The notes: generated from the letters alone by a model not told the origin. A stretch of 63,373 nucleotides of DNA, filler included, from Octopus bimaculoides (GCF_001194135.2; 7 parts of 7 records of this genome joined end to end with filler, not necessarily neighbours in it), one strand, 5' to 3'. Positions 14,902-28,103 are shown, counted from the first letter of the whole stretch. Translations and numbers: made by a program.

Positions 14902-15290
14902 AGGCCCAGGCGTGGCTGTGTGGTAAGAAGCTTGCTTCGCAACCATGTGGTTCCGGGTTCAGTCCCACTGCGTGTCACCTTAGAAAAGTATCTTGTAGTA
15001 TAGCCTCGGGCCGACTAAAGCCTTGTGAATAAATTTGTTTGACAGAAACTGAAAGAAGCTCGTTGTGTATATATATATGTATATATTTATGTGTGTGTGT
15101 GTCTGTCCGCCCTCCATCGCTTGACAACCGATGTTGGTGTGTTGACGCCTCCGTAACTTAACAGTTCGGGAAAAGAGAAACGACGGAATAAGTACTAGAT
15201 TAAGCTCTGGGGTGGATTTGTTCGAGTAAAGGTGGTGCTCTAGCGTGGTCGCAGTCAAATGACTGAAACAAATAAAAGAATAAAAGAATA
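14902..15290 (+). mobile_element. SINE family A, full length
   Basis: Aligns end to end with 13435-13886. Confidence 0.9.
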
Positions 15291-16004
15291 TATATATACG
15301 TACATATATAAATACATATATATATAAATACATATATATATACACATATATATATACATATATATAATATATACATATATACATGCAAACATACATACAT
15401 ACATATATATATATATGCGTGTGTGTGTTGTATGTGTGTGTATGTGTGTGCGTGTACCTGTATATCTGAGGGTGTGTATGTGACCACACGGACATAATAT
15501 ATGTTTATGAAGTAATTTCGAAAGATCTTACATGAAAATATTTTCTCGTTTTATTGTGTAGTTAGTCATTTTGCTGAATTGTGAATATGTGTGTATATGA
15601 GTGGCTGTAAGCATGCATTATTTACATGTATGGATGGACGTTTAAATATACGTATATATGTACATATATATGTAATGTATGCAAGCGTCTATATATGTAT
15701 TTAAGCATCTATGCATGTATGTATATATGTATGTCTCTCTCTATATATCTCTCTCTCTCTCTCTCTCTCTCCCTCTCTCTCTCTCTCTCTGTATATATAT
15801 ATATACACATATATATTTACATATATATACACACACATGTAAATAGAGATACATATATAGGTAACTAACATATAGGTACACAAATAGATAGATCTATCTA
15901 TCTATCTATATACCTGTCTGTTTATCTATCTGTTATCGTCGTTTCTATGTGTGTGCGTGCGTGTCTGTGTGTGTAAGAGAAAGAGAGAGGAAGAAAGAGA
16001 GAGG

Positions 16005-16050
<46 letters not shown>

Positions 16051-16259
16051 GAATGAGATCGAGAGAGTATTTTCTGTCGATGTGTTTAGATATATTCGCA
16101 TAATATAGAACCATTATGCATGTATTCTATTATATCCATACTTATGCATAAAATATATTGTTAAATTTCCATATATAATTAACATTATTACATTCTTACC
16201 TAACGTAACTCGTTCATATACCAGCAATACACACACACACACACATATATGCGTATATA

Positions 16260-16297
<38 letters not shown>

Positions 16298-16659
16298 AAT
16301 TGTAATAATGCACAATATATCAATACACAAATGTATGCGAAGTGTATACACACACACATATACACAGATGTACAAACGCACAGAGGTACACACATACTCA
16401 AACACACATACGCTAACACACAGACACAGACTCACATTCTCTCTCTCTCTCTCTCTGAAACACAAATATAATATGTGTTGATATAGCCATGTATATATAT
16501 ATATATATACACTTTAGATAACGAGCGGTTCGAAATATATCCATTTAATGAATAATTCTATGTATAAACACACATACACATATACACATCCATATTTCCA
16601 TATACACATCAACCAACACAAACATACACACATGCATATTCACACATAAATTGATATAC

Positions 16660-16692
<33 letters not shown>

Positions 16693-16760
16693 TGTATGTA
16701 TGTATGTATGCATGTATGTTTGTATCTATCTATCTATCTATCTATCTATCTCTCTCTCTC

Positions 16761-16793
<33 letters not shown>

Positions 16794-17695
16794 ATATATA
16801 TACATGTATGTGTGTGTGTACATGTACACAATACAAACATATATATATTTACATATATACACATACACATATATACTAAATATACACACACATACATATA
16901 TACATACATACACACACACACATATATATATACATAAGCACATAAATATATACATACACACACACATATATATACCTATACAGTAATCTAAAGTAGTGTA
17001 AGTAGTGCATTTTTTTCAATTCCATTTTACAATAAATATATACAAATACTGTAAAACTCCAACGTTTTGTAATCTATTTTTGTTTGTTTTTGAATTTTTG
17101 AAATTTTTCTTATAATTTCTTTCTCATCTTTGAATGTTTTTCGCTTTTCTTTTGTCTAGCTAGAGCGTAAATGATGAAGAGTAGAGGAGAATAACCATTT
17201 TATTTGCTGGCAACAATCTCATCATTGAAATATATTTCCAATCTAAAAGAATAATGTTTTGTTTTGTTTGAAAAAAAAAAATTAATAGAAATATACTCAT
17301 CTTAGACAAAGGCCAATATCTTGTAAGGAGAAAGAAAAAAATGGAATAATTGGTAGATTGAATGCGTCTCCCCATCTCTTCTTCCCAGTCCCTATATCAT
17401 CGTGGCATATATATTTATATAAAAGAAAGTTTTCCGATGTGCTTCATGACTTCTGTTACCAGCGGGAGTGACTGAAGACTCTAACTCTTCGGATTTTTTA
17501 CCTTCGTCTGAAAGTGTGTAATGTGTGTAAAACGCACGGAGAGAAAGTAAGTGATGTTATCCTTTTGGTTGCGTTTAACTTCTCCCGGCAATTAAATTTG
17601 GGATTTTTTTCTCTAGAACCCGCCTACGGATTAAGTGCTTGGTGACACAATAATCGCCAGTTTCCTTAGATTCTGCATATATATTAATTCCTATG

Positions 17696-18048
17696 GGTAA
17701 AAGGTAAAGACCCCTTTTAGTCACGGACGACCATGGGATTGCACCTAGAAAGTCTCCCTCACCACGAGGCACAAGTCCGGGCAAGGTTGTTTATGGAAGA
17801 CCAGCAGTCACCCATGCATACCATGCCTCCCCTCTCCATGCCACCGATGTTATCCAAGGGAAAGGCAAAAGCCAATACAGCTTGGTACCAGTGACGCCGC
17901 AACTCATTTCTACAGCTGAGTGAACTAGAGCAATGTGAAATAAAGTACCTTGCTCAAGAACACAACACACAACCCGGTCCTGGAATCAAACTCATTACCT
18001 CATGATTGTGATCCCAACGCTGTAACCACTGAGCCATGTGCCTTCACA
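17696..18048 (-). mobile_element. tRNA-derived SINE, local family C, full length
   Basis: Head TGTGAAGGCACATGGCTCAGTGGTTAC, GAGTTTGATTCC B-box, TTCTTGAGCAAG core. The head is shared with 40469-40610 and 19192. Confidence 0.85.
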
Positions 18049-18316
18049 ATCACTGAGACTTGTGTCTTATTATGTAAATAATCCCGTATATATTTACATT
18101 ATGGTTAATCCTTGGACGAATAAAAAGTCTAGACTCGGAACTTTGAACGGTGAAACCTAGCATGGTAAACAATTTATCTGAGTCTGCCATGTTCATATTC
18201 GAAGCTATGCGCATTTTTGTGGTTGTTATTACTGTTCCTGGTGAGGAGGATGCTGCTGATGATGACGACAACGACGGTTACGATAGCTACAATGATGACG
18301 TTAATGACGATGAAAA

Positions 18317-18347
<31 letters not shown>

Positions 18348-18470
18348 TGGTGATGGTTATGATGGTGATGATAATGATTACTTCTGTTGTTGTTTAACCC
18401 CACACCAGGTCAGACCGTACTATGCTTCGATAATAAGGAAAGAAGATGACCACAAGCGTGTCTGTGTGGT

Positions 18471-18637
18471 TACGTTCTGAGTTCAAATTCCGCCGAGGTC
18501 GACTTTGCGTTTCATCCTTTCGGGGTCGATAAATTAAGTACCAGTTACGCACAGGGTTCGATGTAATCGACTTAATCCCTTGGTCTGTCCTTGTGTGTCC
18601 CCTCTGTTTAGCTACTTGTGGCCAATAAAGAAATAAG
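18471..18637 (+). mobile_element. SINE family B variant, 5'-truncated, alternative 3' tail
   Basis: Family B body up to GATGTAATCGAC, then a different tail (TGTCCCCTCTG...AATAAAGAAA) also seen at ~21945-21996. Confidence 0.8.
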
Positions 18638-19191
18638 AAGCTTGTTTCCGGTTGAAGACTTCGGACGTGTTTTTGTTTTTTTGCGCTCTGTAAGTTGTCA
18701 TTTTTATTGTTGAAAATTACTATTGTGAACTGTTGCCATTTTTGCAGGCTTCGTTGGATTATTTATTCCCCGGTATTCCGGGGAATAGTGAAATTNNNNN
18801 NNNNNNNNNNNNNNNNNNNNNNNNNNNNNNNNNNNNNNNNNNNNNNNNNNNNNNNNNNNNNNNNNNNNNNNNNNNNNNNNNNNNNNNNNNNNNNNNNNNN
18901 NNNNNNNNNNNNNNNNNNNNNNNNNNNNNNNNNNNNNNNNNNNNNNNNNNNNNNNNNNNNNNNNNNNNNNNNNNNNNNNNNNNNNNNNNNNNNNNNNNNN
19001 NNNNNNNNNNNNNNNNNNNNNNNNNNNNNNNNNNNNNNNNNNNNNNNNNNNNNNNNNNNNNNNNNNNNNNNNNNNNNNNNNNNNNNNNNNNNNNNNNNNN
19101 NNNNNNNNNNNNNNNNNNNNNNNNNNNNNNNNNNNNNNNNNNNNNNNNNNNNNNNNNNNNNNNNNNNNNNNNNNNNNNNNNNNATATATAC

Positions 19192-19514
19192 TGTGAAGGC
19201 GTGTGACTTAGTGTGACATTCGACTCCCGATCGTAAGGCCGTGAGTTCAATTACCGGCGACGCGTTTGTGTCCTTGAGCAAGACACTTTATTTCATGTTG
19301 TTCCAGTCCACTTAGCTGGCAAAAATGAGTTGTACCTGTACTTCAAAAGGTCAGCCTTGTCACACTCTGTATCATGCTGAATCTCCCTGAGAACTACGTT
19401 AAGGGTACACGTGTCTGTGGAACGTTCACCCACTTGTACGCTAATTTCACGAGCAAGCTGTTCCGTTGATTGTATCAGCTGGAACCCTCGTCGTTGTAAC
19501 CGACGGAGTGCTCC
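19192..19514 (+). mobile_element. Chimeric SINE: C/E-type head plus D-type tail
   Basis: CCTTGAGCAAGACACTTTATTTCA...CCAGTCCACTTAGCTGGCAAAAATGAG joined to AAGGGTACACGTGTCTGTGGA...GTAACCGACGGAGTG. Confidence 0.8.
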
Positions 19515-19823
19515 TTATTGCATACACACACACATATATATGGCCACAACCTTAGCGCTGAAACGTATAAAAGAATAAAAGAATATTTGTATGTGTCTGA
19601 TGTGCCTGCGTGTGTGTGTCTGTGTGCACGGGTGCTGTGTATATGTGTACTGTGTGTCTGTGTGTGTGTATGAATGGGAATATTGCCGTAAATATGTAGA
19701 AACCTTGCTATATTCGCCGGTATCTCTTTTAGTGGAATACAGTGAGAGATCGCTGTCATCACCAAACATTTTTCTCATCATCGTCAATAATGCCTCAGTC
19801 GTCGTTTACTACAACCAACACTG

Positions 19824-19880
<57 letters not shown>

Positions 19881-20994
19881 TTACTACTACTACTACTATA
19901 GCCATAATCACCACCACGACCATCCTTACCAGCAACACCAACAATAGCGACACCACTACCAGCATTACCAACAACAAGAACACCATCCCCACAGGCTCCA
20001 CCACCAGCATCTCCGCCGTCACGACGACGACGACGNNNNNNNNNNNNNNNNNNNNNNNNNNNNNNNNNNNNNNNNNNNNNNNNNNNNNNNNNNNNNNNNN
20101 NNNNNNNNNNNNNNNNNNNNNNNNNNNNNNNNNNNNNNNNNNNNNNNNNNNNNNNNNNNNNNNNNNNNNNNNNNNNNNNNNNNNNNNNNNNNNNNNNNNN
20201 NNNNNNNNNNNNNNNNNNNNNNNNNNNNNNNNNNNNNNNNNNNNNNNNNNNNNNNNNNNNNNNNNNNNNNNNNNNNNNNNNNNNNNNNNNNNNNNNNNNN
20301 NNNNNNNNNNNNNNNNNNNNNNNNNNNNNNNNNNNNNNNNNNNNNNNNNNNNNNNNNNNNNNNNNNNNNNNNNNNNNNNNNNNNNNNNNNNNNNNNNNNN
20401 NNNNNNNNNNNNNNNNNNNNNNNNNNNNNNNNNNNNNNNNNNNNNNNNNNNNNNNNNNTGTTGGCGGCTGTGGTGGCGGTGATGGTGGTGCTGCTTTTGC
20501 TTCTACGGCTGGTAGTGATTGTGGTGGAGGTGATGGTGATGACGTTAGTGGTGGCGGCAGTGGTTTTTATAGTGGTGGAGATGGTGGTGGTACTGTTGCT
20601 CCACCACCACCACTGTAGTGGTGGTGGTGGTAGTGGTGGTGGTGGTGGTGGTAGTGGTGGTGGTGGAGAGGTTATTGTTAGTGACGGTGGGGATACGGAT
20701 CCTCCGGTGGTAGTCATGACAATGATGATGATGATGATGAAGGAGTGAAGTTGAGATCGTACTGCGGTGTTAATAGTGGTCGAGCACCTGTGATTGATCA
20801 AGGGTGGTCAAGGGTGGAGGGATGTAATGAGAATGATGGCATGTGTTGATAATAGCGATGGTAGTATTGTATGCACGGGTGTGTTCATATTTGTTGTGTG
20901 TTGGCAGGTGGCTAAGTCGTTAAGGTATACGGCTTCCGATTATAAGGTCGTGAGTTCGATTTTCATGTAGTTTATTATTCAGTTTTATCGCAAT

Positions 20995-21120
20995 GGTTTG
21001 ACGATCACGTGAAACTCCGAGTAAGAGTTAGTAGAGATTTCGTTTTATTCGACTTTGATACAGAGTAAATTACTCTGCTTTTGGTATTTGAGTACTAATT
21101 TTTTCACCTTGTTTTGCATC
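20995..21120 (+). mobile_element. Penelope-like pLTR fragment with decayed hammerhead
   Basis: TTGGTATTTGAGTACTAATTTTTTCACCTTGTTT matches the reverse complement of 50411-50445; GAAACTCCGAGTA corresponds to GAAACTCTGAGTA at 50495-50507. Confidence 0.7.
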
Positions 21121-21341
21121 TGTGGGCTCACTTGTGCTTGTATTTGTGTATGTGTGCAAATGTGTGTGTTTGTGTGTGTATGTGTATGTGCGAGCAAGTG
21201 CCCGTGTGTCTGTGTGTGTGCAAGTGTGTGTGTGTGTGCAAGTGTGTGCGTGCGTGTGTGTATGTTTGTGTGTGTGTGTGTGTTTCTGTGTGTGTGTTTC
21301 TTTGTGTGTGTGTGTGTGCGTGCACAAATGTATGTGTGTAC

Positions 21342-21378
<37 letters not shown>

Positions 21379-21616
21379 TATGTATGTGTGGTATCTGTGT
21401 GTGTGTGTGAGTATGTGTATGTGTGTGTGTGTGAGTATGTGTATGTGTGTGTGTGAGAGTATGTGTATGTGTGTGTGTGAGAGTATGTGTATGTGTATGT
21501 GTGTGTGTGTGTGTGATTGTGTGTTTGTGTGTTTGTGTGTGTGCGTGTGCGTGTGTTTGTGTGTGTTTGTGCACTCATTATCTGTGCTACTCAGATAGAT
21601 AGATAGATAGATAGAC

Positions 21617-21667
<51 letters not shown>

Positions 21668-21996
21668 GCTCGATGGGTATATATATATATATATATTTTT
21701 ATATATAATGTTGACCACTCACATAGACATTTAATGTGCTAGAAATAGATCACATCTTGTGTCTACTAAGACCTATATAGTTTTAGNNNNNNNNNNNNNN
21801 NNNNNNNNNNNNNNNNNNNNNNNNNNNNNNTTAATTAATTAANNNNNNNNNNNNNNNNNNNNNNNNNNNNNNNNNNNNNNNNNNNNCCCTACTTTTGTTT
21901 TTTTTCTGCTTTGTTTTCGCCCCCCTCGAAAAGAAAAAACTCTACATTTGTATTTTGTCCCCTCTGTGTTGAGCCCTGTGTGGCTAATAAAGAAAC

Positions 21997-22050
<54 letters not shown>

Positions 22051-22051
22051 G

Positions 22052-22094
<43 letters not shown>

Positions 22095-23059
22095 GTACAT
22101 TTACACACGCACAGACGTGTGTGTGTATGTGTTTGTATGTGTAATTGTGTGTGTGTAAGCGTTTTCGGTGTTAAATTAAAAAAAAAACACATTATGGAGT
22201 TAGAAAAAAATCTTAAGATAACAGAATAACATGAGCCTTTTGGAAGGGTGGTGTATTGTTTTCGTGTAAGCACTTTCGGTGTTAAATTTAAAAAGAAAAC
22301 GTTATGGAGTCATCCGTATAGAGGAAGCTTCTTTAAGTAGCGGTTTTGACATTATTTTCAGTTTCTTTTCCCCCTCTCTCTCTACCCCCACCCCATCCCA
22401 CATATACATGATTCAAAAATATATAAAAAATAAATATGAAAACAGAGACAGGCGGAAGAACAGTAAACAAGGTGTATTAGTTTGACGCTCAAGAAAAATA
22501 GTTTTGAACTACAAGAAGTGAGGAATGAAAACAGATGGATAGAGAAGAACGGAGAGAAAACAAAATCGTATCTATACACATCCAGAACAATGAAAGCAGT
22601 GCCCAGCATGGCCACAGTAAAGCAATAAAAAAAAAGATAAAACAGCATCTTCCTAATCACATTTGTGTATTAAAATTATTTTCAGCTATGTTTTTACTTT
22701 GTGTGTGTGTGTGTGTGTGTGTGTAGAGTGAGGCGTTTCGAAGTTTTCTTTTCATTTTCCGTTGGCCTGAACACTATCTCTTGGTACATTCGTAAGGCTG
22801 TCAAGACTAATACACTTTCTTATTTATTCTCCATGCTACTGAGGGATGTTTCAGGTGAAACTTTATACTTCAGCATATCTACTTAGCTACCACCTTAATG
22901 ATATCAGGAGTAGAAAACACACCTGCGATTGAGTTTATCTTTTGAAATAACATGGAACCATTTTCGATGTTGTTGTTTAGCTCCCAACTCTCAGCAAAGT
23001 CTAAATTAAAGGCGATCTGACTGTGTCTACTATGTTTATATGTATGTATGTATGTATGT

Positions 23060-23605
23060 CATTATTCGGTTTATTTCAAGATTTCTTGCCAATAGAAAAA
23101 GAACCGGTTTCTAACCTAGATCCTTCATACATATACATACATATATGTATGTATATGTATGTGCAGATTTATGTAGGTTTTATGTATGTATTCTCATACA
23201 TATAGTTGCATATCTAGACATGCTAATATATATTTAAATGATAAACTTCTGGAAAGTTTTACAGTTCTAATGATTACTTGGATCTGTAGTCTTCGAATCA
23301 GCTTTCTCCTTTCTGGTTTTGAGAAGCCTAATTTCTAAAGATTGGTATTTAGGCAGTGTGTTACATATCCCAGGACCTATCCCAGGTATAAACCTGAACT
23401 TGTAATTTGGATAGAGTAACTGCAGATTTCTCAATAGTTCAGCATAAGTGTTCTCTTTTTCACTGATCTTCAGCTTTATGTTAACATCCGCTGGGCAGCT
23501 AATTTCCAGAAATTTCCACAGTTTCTCTTCTCTAACCTGACCATTATATCAGGTCTGTTGTGCTTACTTTTTATTGAGGTCTTCACTGGTACGTTGCACC
23601 AGTAT
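23060..23605 (-). mobile_element. 3' end of an RLE-type (R4/Dong/NeSL-like) non-LTR retrotransposon inserted in (TACA)n
   Basis: With one frameshift reads KHNRPDIMV...EISCPADVNIKLKISEKENTYAELLRNLQLLYPNYKFRFIP, a PD-(D/E)xK restriction-like endonuclease. (TGTA)n lies on both sides. Confidence 0.8.
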
Positions 23606-23676
23606 TCCTTTTGTATGTATGTATGTATGTATGTATGTATGTATGTATGTATGTATGTATGCATGTATGAATTTGC

Positions 23677-23736
<60 letters not shown>

Positions 23737-23795
23737 ATAAGCATATAAATATTGCCAAGGATTATGGAGTGATTGTTTTATCGCATAATCCTACA

Positions 23796-23828
<33 letters not shown>

Positions 23829-24509
23829 GTTCAGTAGTTTTATTTTTATAACGTGCTTTCACTTCACTACCGAGCGCAGCTCTGTGCGCCTTGGGTATGT
23901 GCTGTGGTTTGCTGTGGTGCTCTTATGGTTACTGTATTGAAAGTGTTTTGCGTAGAATGTGTGCAGTACCCAGTAGTCCATGTTTTATATGTATGTGTTG
24001 TTGCGTTTTCGCTTTTTGGGTAGAGTACTGCTGTGAAATAGGCGTGTAGGATCGAAATGTGTTCCTCACGTGTCCATTTATGCCGTTTTGGTTTTGTTTG
24101 CGGGACATGAGGAACAACGTCCGGCCCTTTATTTTGACGGTNNNNNNNNNNNNNNNNNNNNNNNNNNNNNNNNNNNNNNNNNNNNNNNNNNNNNNNNNNN
24201 NNNNNTATTTAATATGTTTGTAATTTTTTTTGTACATGGTGTTTTGGGGTTCGAAGATGGTCTGATTTTGATGTAACACGTGTGTTTACGATCGCTGTGC
24301 GGGTAGTGGAGGTATCAAGTTAAAATACATCATTATATTTGGAAAAATAGAGATAAATTTCAATGAGTATTACTTACTCGGATATAGTCCAACCCTTTGT
24401 CAGCTATTTTTTGTATATGGTGTTTGGGTTTGGAGATGGTCTGTATTTTGATGTAACACGTGTGTTTACGATCGCTGTTCGGGTAGTGGAGGTATCAAGT
24501 TAAAATACA

Positions 24510-24512
<3 letters not shown>
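23829..24512 (-). mobile_element. Internally deleted R4/Dong-like element in (TAA)n
   Basis: N-terminal KRHKWTREEHISILHAYFTA motif fused at 23977/23978 to the C-terminal LLGTAHILRKTLSIQ* and the 3' UTR; (ATT)n on both flanks. Confidence 0.65.
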
Positions 24513-24570
<58 letters not shown>

Positions 24571-25531
24571 CATCATCATTATTTTTTATCGACACCCGAA
24601 AGAATGAAAACCAAAATCAGCGTCAGTAGCATTTGAACGTAGAATGCAGGAATCGGAACAAATACCGCATATCATTCAATTTGATGCACTACTGTTCTAG
24701 TTTTCCACTTTATTCATATTATAATATACAAAATAAACATTGAGGGAAATAAAAACGCGGTGAGACACCAGCTAAACTTGATAACTTATACAAACAAATT
24801 TATAATAAATAATAAAATAATATTAGAAACAGAGATAAAACAACTCGTTATATATACACTGACAATAAAAGAAAATAAACGACTATACACAATGAGATAA
24901 GCAAATGCAATCCAATGAAAATAGTACAACATAACCGACCAGGCAACACATAAAAACAATTGATTCCCTTTTGTATAATTAAAAATAACAGAAGTTAACA
25001 AAATGGACAAGTCCTCAGAGCAAAACAAACACACATAAAGAAGATCAAAGTCTAAAACAAATACGAAGACGAGACAAGACAAGAACAGATGGAAATGTCT
25101 GCTCGAATATCTATCCGTCACTATAATAAAAATGATACTCTACGGGAAAAATCTATCAGAAATCATTAAAAAAGTAGCAGAAGAAAAGATCATGATAATA
25201 GTAAGTACCGGAAGAAAGAGTTTTCAAATGAAAAAGCTTTTCACGCTAAGGATAAACAAACTACTGCAGGAAATACTAGTTAAATATAAAAATTTCCTCC
25301 AAGATATAATCTGCATTAAGACTCAGCCCAAAAATCAATACGCTGATATATCAGCTAATTTATTCACCAGCCATGGTTTTAGTATTTATAACGTGATTCG
25401 ACCCAACCTAATACAGTGAGTAACTCCACGAGCAACCACGCCGAAGTTAATGGAAATAAAATGTACAGATTTACAAAAAAGGCAAAAACACAATTTTTGT
25501 ATGAAATGAAAGTTTTTAATATGCTAAAGTA

Positions 25532-25615
<84 letters not shown>

Positions 25616-26018
25616 CTTCTCATGGACGTGCTGTCACATCGGCTGTGAAGGTAAACGTTTATTTGACCATTTACTGTCCACATTTTGTTGGAATTTTTAA
25701 ATAATTTTGTTGCGAAGCACCTAGNNNNNNNNNNNNNNNNNNNNNNNNNNNNNNNNNNNNNNNNNNNNTTAATTAATTAANNNNNNNNNNNNNNNNNNNN
25801 NNNNNNNNNNNNNNNNNNNNNNNNTTCTTCTTCTTCTTCTTCTTCTTCTTCTTCTTCTTCTTCTTCTTCTTCTTCTTCACGCTTTCACTGCCTCCCTCCC
25901 CACCCACCTTCTCATCAGTTATCTCGCCATGTCTTGTTTATGAAAGCGTTTCTTCAAATTAATCTCATTAGAACAAATCAGTTCATTGATGTGAGATGAG
26001 TCTAATGTTTCATTTATC

Positions 26019-26057
<39 letters not shown>

Positions 26058-26374
26058 TTATAGCATGATTTATCAAGAGAGAGGAAGAGAGAGAAGAGAA
26101 AGGTACAGTAGGCAAAAATGAAGAGAAATATATTAAAGAGAGTAGAAGAGTCGATTATATTCTTTAAATTCTCAGAATTCTATAGAGAGTTTGAAGAGAG
26201 AAAGAGTTAGCGAAAGAGGTTGGAGAGAATGGGAGATGTGAAGGGTAGGTTGAGGTGAAGTTTAGGAAAAGGAGTTTGTCTGGAAAGTGTTAAATCAGAA
26301 TATGAATACACATACACGCACACACAAAAACAAGCAAACACATACATTCTCTGATATATGTATACGTATAATAT

Positions 26375-26534
26375 GCGTGGCTGTGTGTTAAGAAGCTTGC
26401 TTTCCAAACGCGTGGTTCCGGGTTCAGTCCCACTGCGTGGCATCTTGGGCAAGTGTTTCCTATTATAGCCTCGGGCCGACCAAAGCTTTGTGAGTGGATT
26501 TGGTAGGCGGAAACTGAAAGAAGCCCGTCGTATG
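26375..26534 (+). mobile_element. SINE family A, 5' half
   Basis: Head and CORE-like body match 13435-13600. Confidence 0.85.
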
Positions 26535-26566
26535 TGTGTATATATATATATATATTATATATATCA

Positions 26567-26937
26567 TGGCACTCCGTCGGTTACGACGACAAGGGTTCCA
26601 GTTGACCCGATCAACGGAACAGCCTGCTCGTGAAATTAACGTGCAAGTGGCTGAGCACTCCACAAACACGGGGAGATTCAGCGTGACACAATGTGATAAG
26701 GTTGGTCCTTTGAAATGCAACAGAAACAGGAAGAAAGAGTGAGAGAAGGTTATGGTGAAAGAGTACAGCAGGGTTCGCCACCACCCCCTTTAGAGCTTTA
26801 GGTGTCTTCGCTCAATAAATATTCACAACGGCCGGTCTGGGAAATACATTAAGGGTACGCGTGTTTGTGGAGTGCTCAACCACGGTAGTTTCACGAGCAG
26901 GCTGTTCCGTTGATCGGATCAACTGGAACCATCGATG
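26567..26937. mobile_element. Two SINE family D fragments in inverted orientation (minus 26567-26843, plus 26849-26937)
   Basis: Both match 52008-52392. Confidence 0.85.
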
Positions 26938-26979
26938 CGGTGCCATTTTTTCTTTAACAGAGCAAATAATCTTTGTTCT

Positions 26980-27310
26980 TGACAGATACACTGGAGTAGT
27001 GCGCTCGATGAACACACTGGAAGGTTCACTAGAAGTAGCTGATATCCTTTGCTGTTTAGGGATGTAATTAGCAAGGGAGGTTGTAGCTTTGAACATATAT
27101 CAACCAGAAAAAGAGCGGGTTGGAGAAGGTTCAGGGAGTTACTACCCCTGCTGGAAATAAAGGTCTTTTCCCTCAGAGTAAAGGTCAAATTTAGATGCTT
27201 GTGTTAAAGCAGTAATATTGCATTGTTGTGAATCGTAGACTGGATGCATAGGATTTGAGACTTGAAAGGAATGAAGCTATCATGCTCCGTTGAATATGAA
27301 AAGTAAGCGT
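26980..27310 (+). mobile_element. Decayed RTE LINE fragment (RT C-terminal region)
   Basis: With frameshifts reads GSLEVADILCCLG...GWRRFRELLPLL...FSLRVK...ERNEAIMLR, parallel to 41950-42153. Confidence 0.75.
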
Positions 27311-27439
27311 GCATGAACGACATAGTACAGATGTGCTGAGAGAGAAAAAAAACTGTTTTTAGACTTTATAACAAATCCATTAATGAACTCAATAAACGGC
27401 TGTTTACAGTAACGTTCAGTTAACAATTCAGTTAATCAC

Positions 27440-27800
27440 AGCCAATCAGTTAACGTTTCTTTAATGTGTCGTATCTTCAGTGAAAAATTCTGTTAACGAT
27501 TGCTAACTGGTTAACGGTGTTTGAAATTGTAAAATAACCAGAAAAATTATCGACATTGTTATATGTTTTTAAATAATGACGAATCAAACGGATGCTTTTG
27601 TTAACAACTGTTATTTTTTTTTTCAATTTCAGTCAGTTAAATGAATGACATTGCTATCTACTTTTTCTTATTGTTGATTGGTTTTCTTTTTAAAGACAAT
27701 CCTATCCAATCAAATGAAGCCTTTACTTAACACCGTCAAATTATAGAAAATCCAATAAACGATATGAGTTAACAGCTTTCAAATTACAACAGCCAATCAA
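27440..27800. promoter_or_regulatory. Cluster of 5 CCAAT boxes interleaved with repeated GTTAAC motifs
   Basis: CCAAT/ATTGG at 27442, 27677, 27706, 27752 and 27793. Function inferred only. Confidence 0.35.
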
Positions 27801-27862
27801 ATTCACATAGCAGTTATTGGAAAATTACTACAAATCAAATGAACCATTGAATTAATATATAT

Positions 27863-27899
<37 letters not shown>

Positions 27900-28051
27900 C
27901 ACATACATACGTATGTATGATGTGTGTATATCTATGCATGTGTGCATGTAAAATGTATATGTATGTAGGTATGCATAAACACATATAGATAGATATTTTA
28001 TATATGTGTATATATATGTATGTGTGTGTGTGAGTCTGTGTATATATATAC

Positions 28052-28103
<52 letters not shown>

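Noticed and set aside
17502-17507. 6-nt microexon-like TTTCAG|ACGAAG|GTAAAA (minus); similar 4-nt case at ~38887-38890
   Set aside because: Expected by chance in a window this size, and no host gene is established.
20601-20630. 13-bp hairpin (CCA)n-TGTA-(TGG)n and G4-prone (GGT)n
   Set aside because: A trivial consequence of an orientation switch within a trinucleotide tract.
20905-20965. tRNA-like sequence; also the heads at 52008 and 44656 and the B-box at ~39828
   Set aside because: No complete cloverleaf or acceptor stem; these are SINE heads, not tRNA genes.
21831-21842. TTAATTAATTAA centred in N runs, also at 25769, 32624, 37707, 42588 and 59663; one ungapped instance at 40075-40086
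   Set aside because: Each has 44 N on both sides, totalling exactly 100 bp, and gives stops in all six frames: a scaffolding linker. Adjacency across these joins is unverified. The ungapped instance is chance or a leftover linker.
24730-25510. A-rich block with a 95-aa ORF (25132-25419); also 30245-30740
   Set aside because: Possibly very decayed retroelement coding sequence, but no diagnostic motif could be read, so left uncalled.
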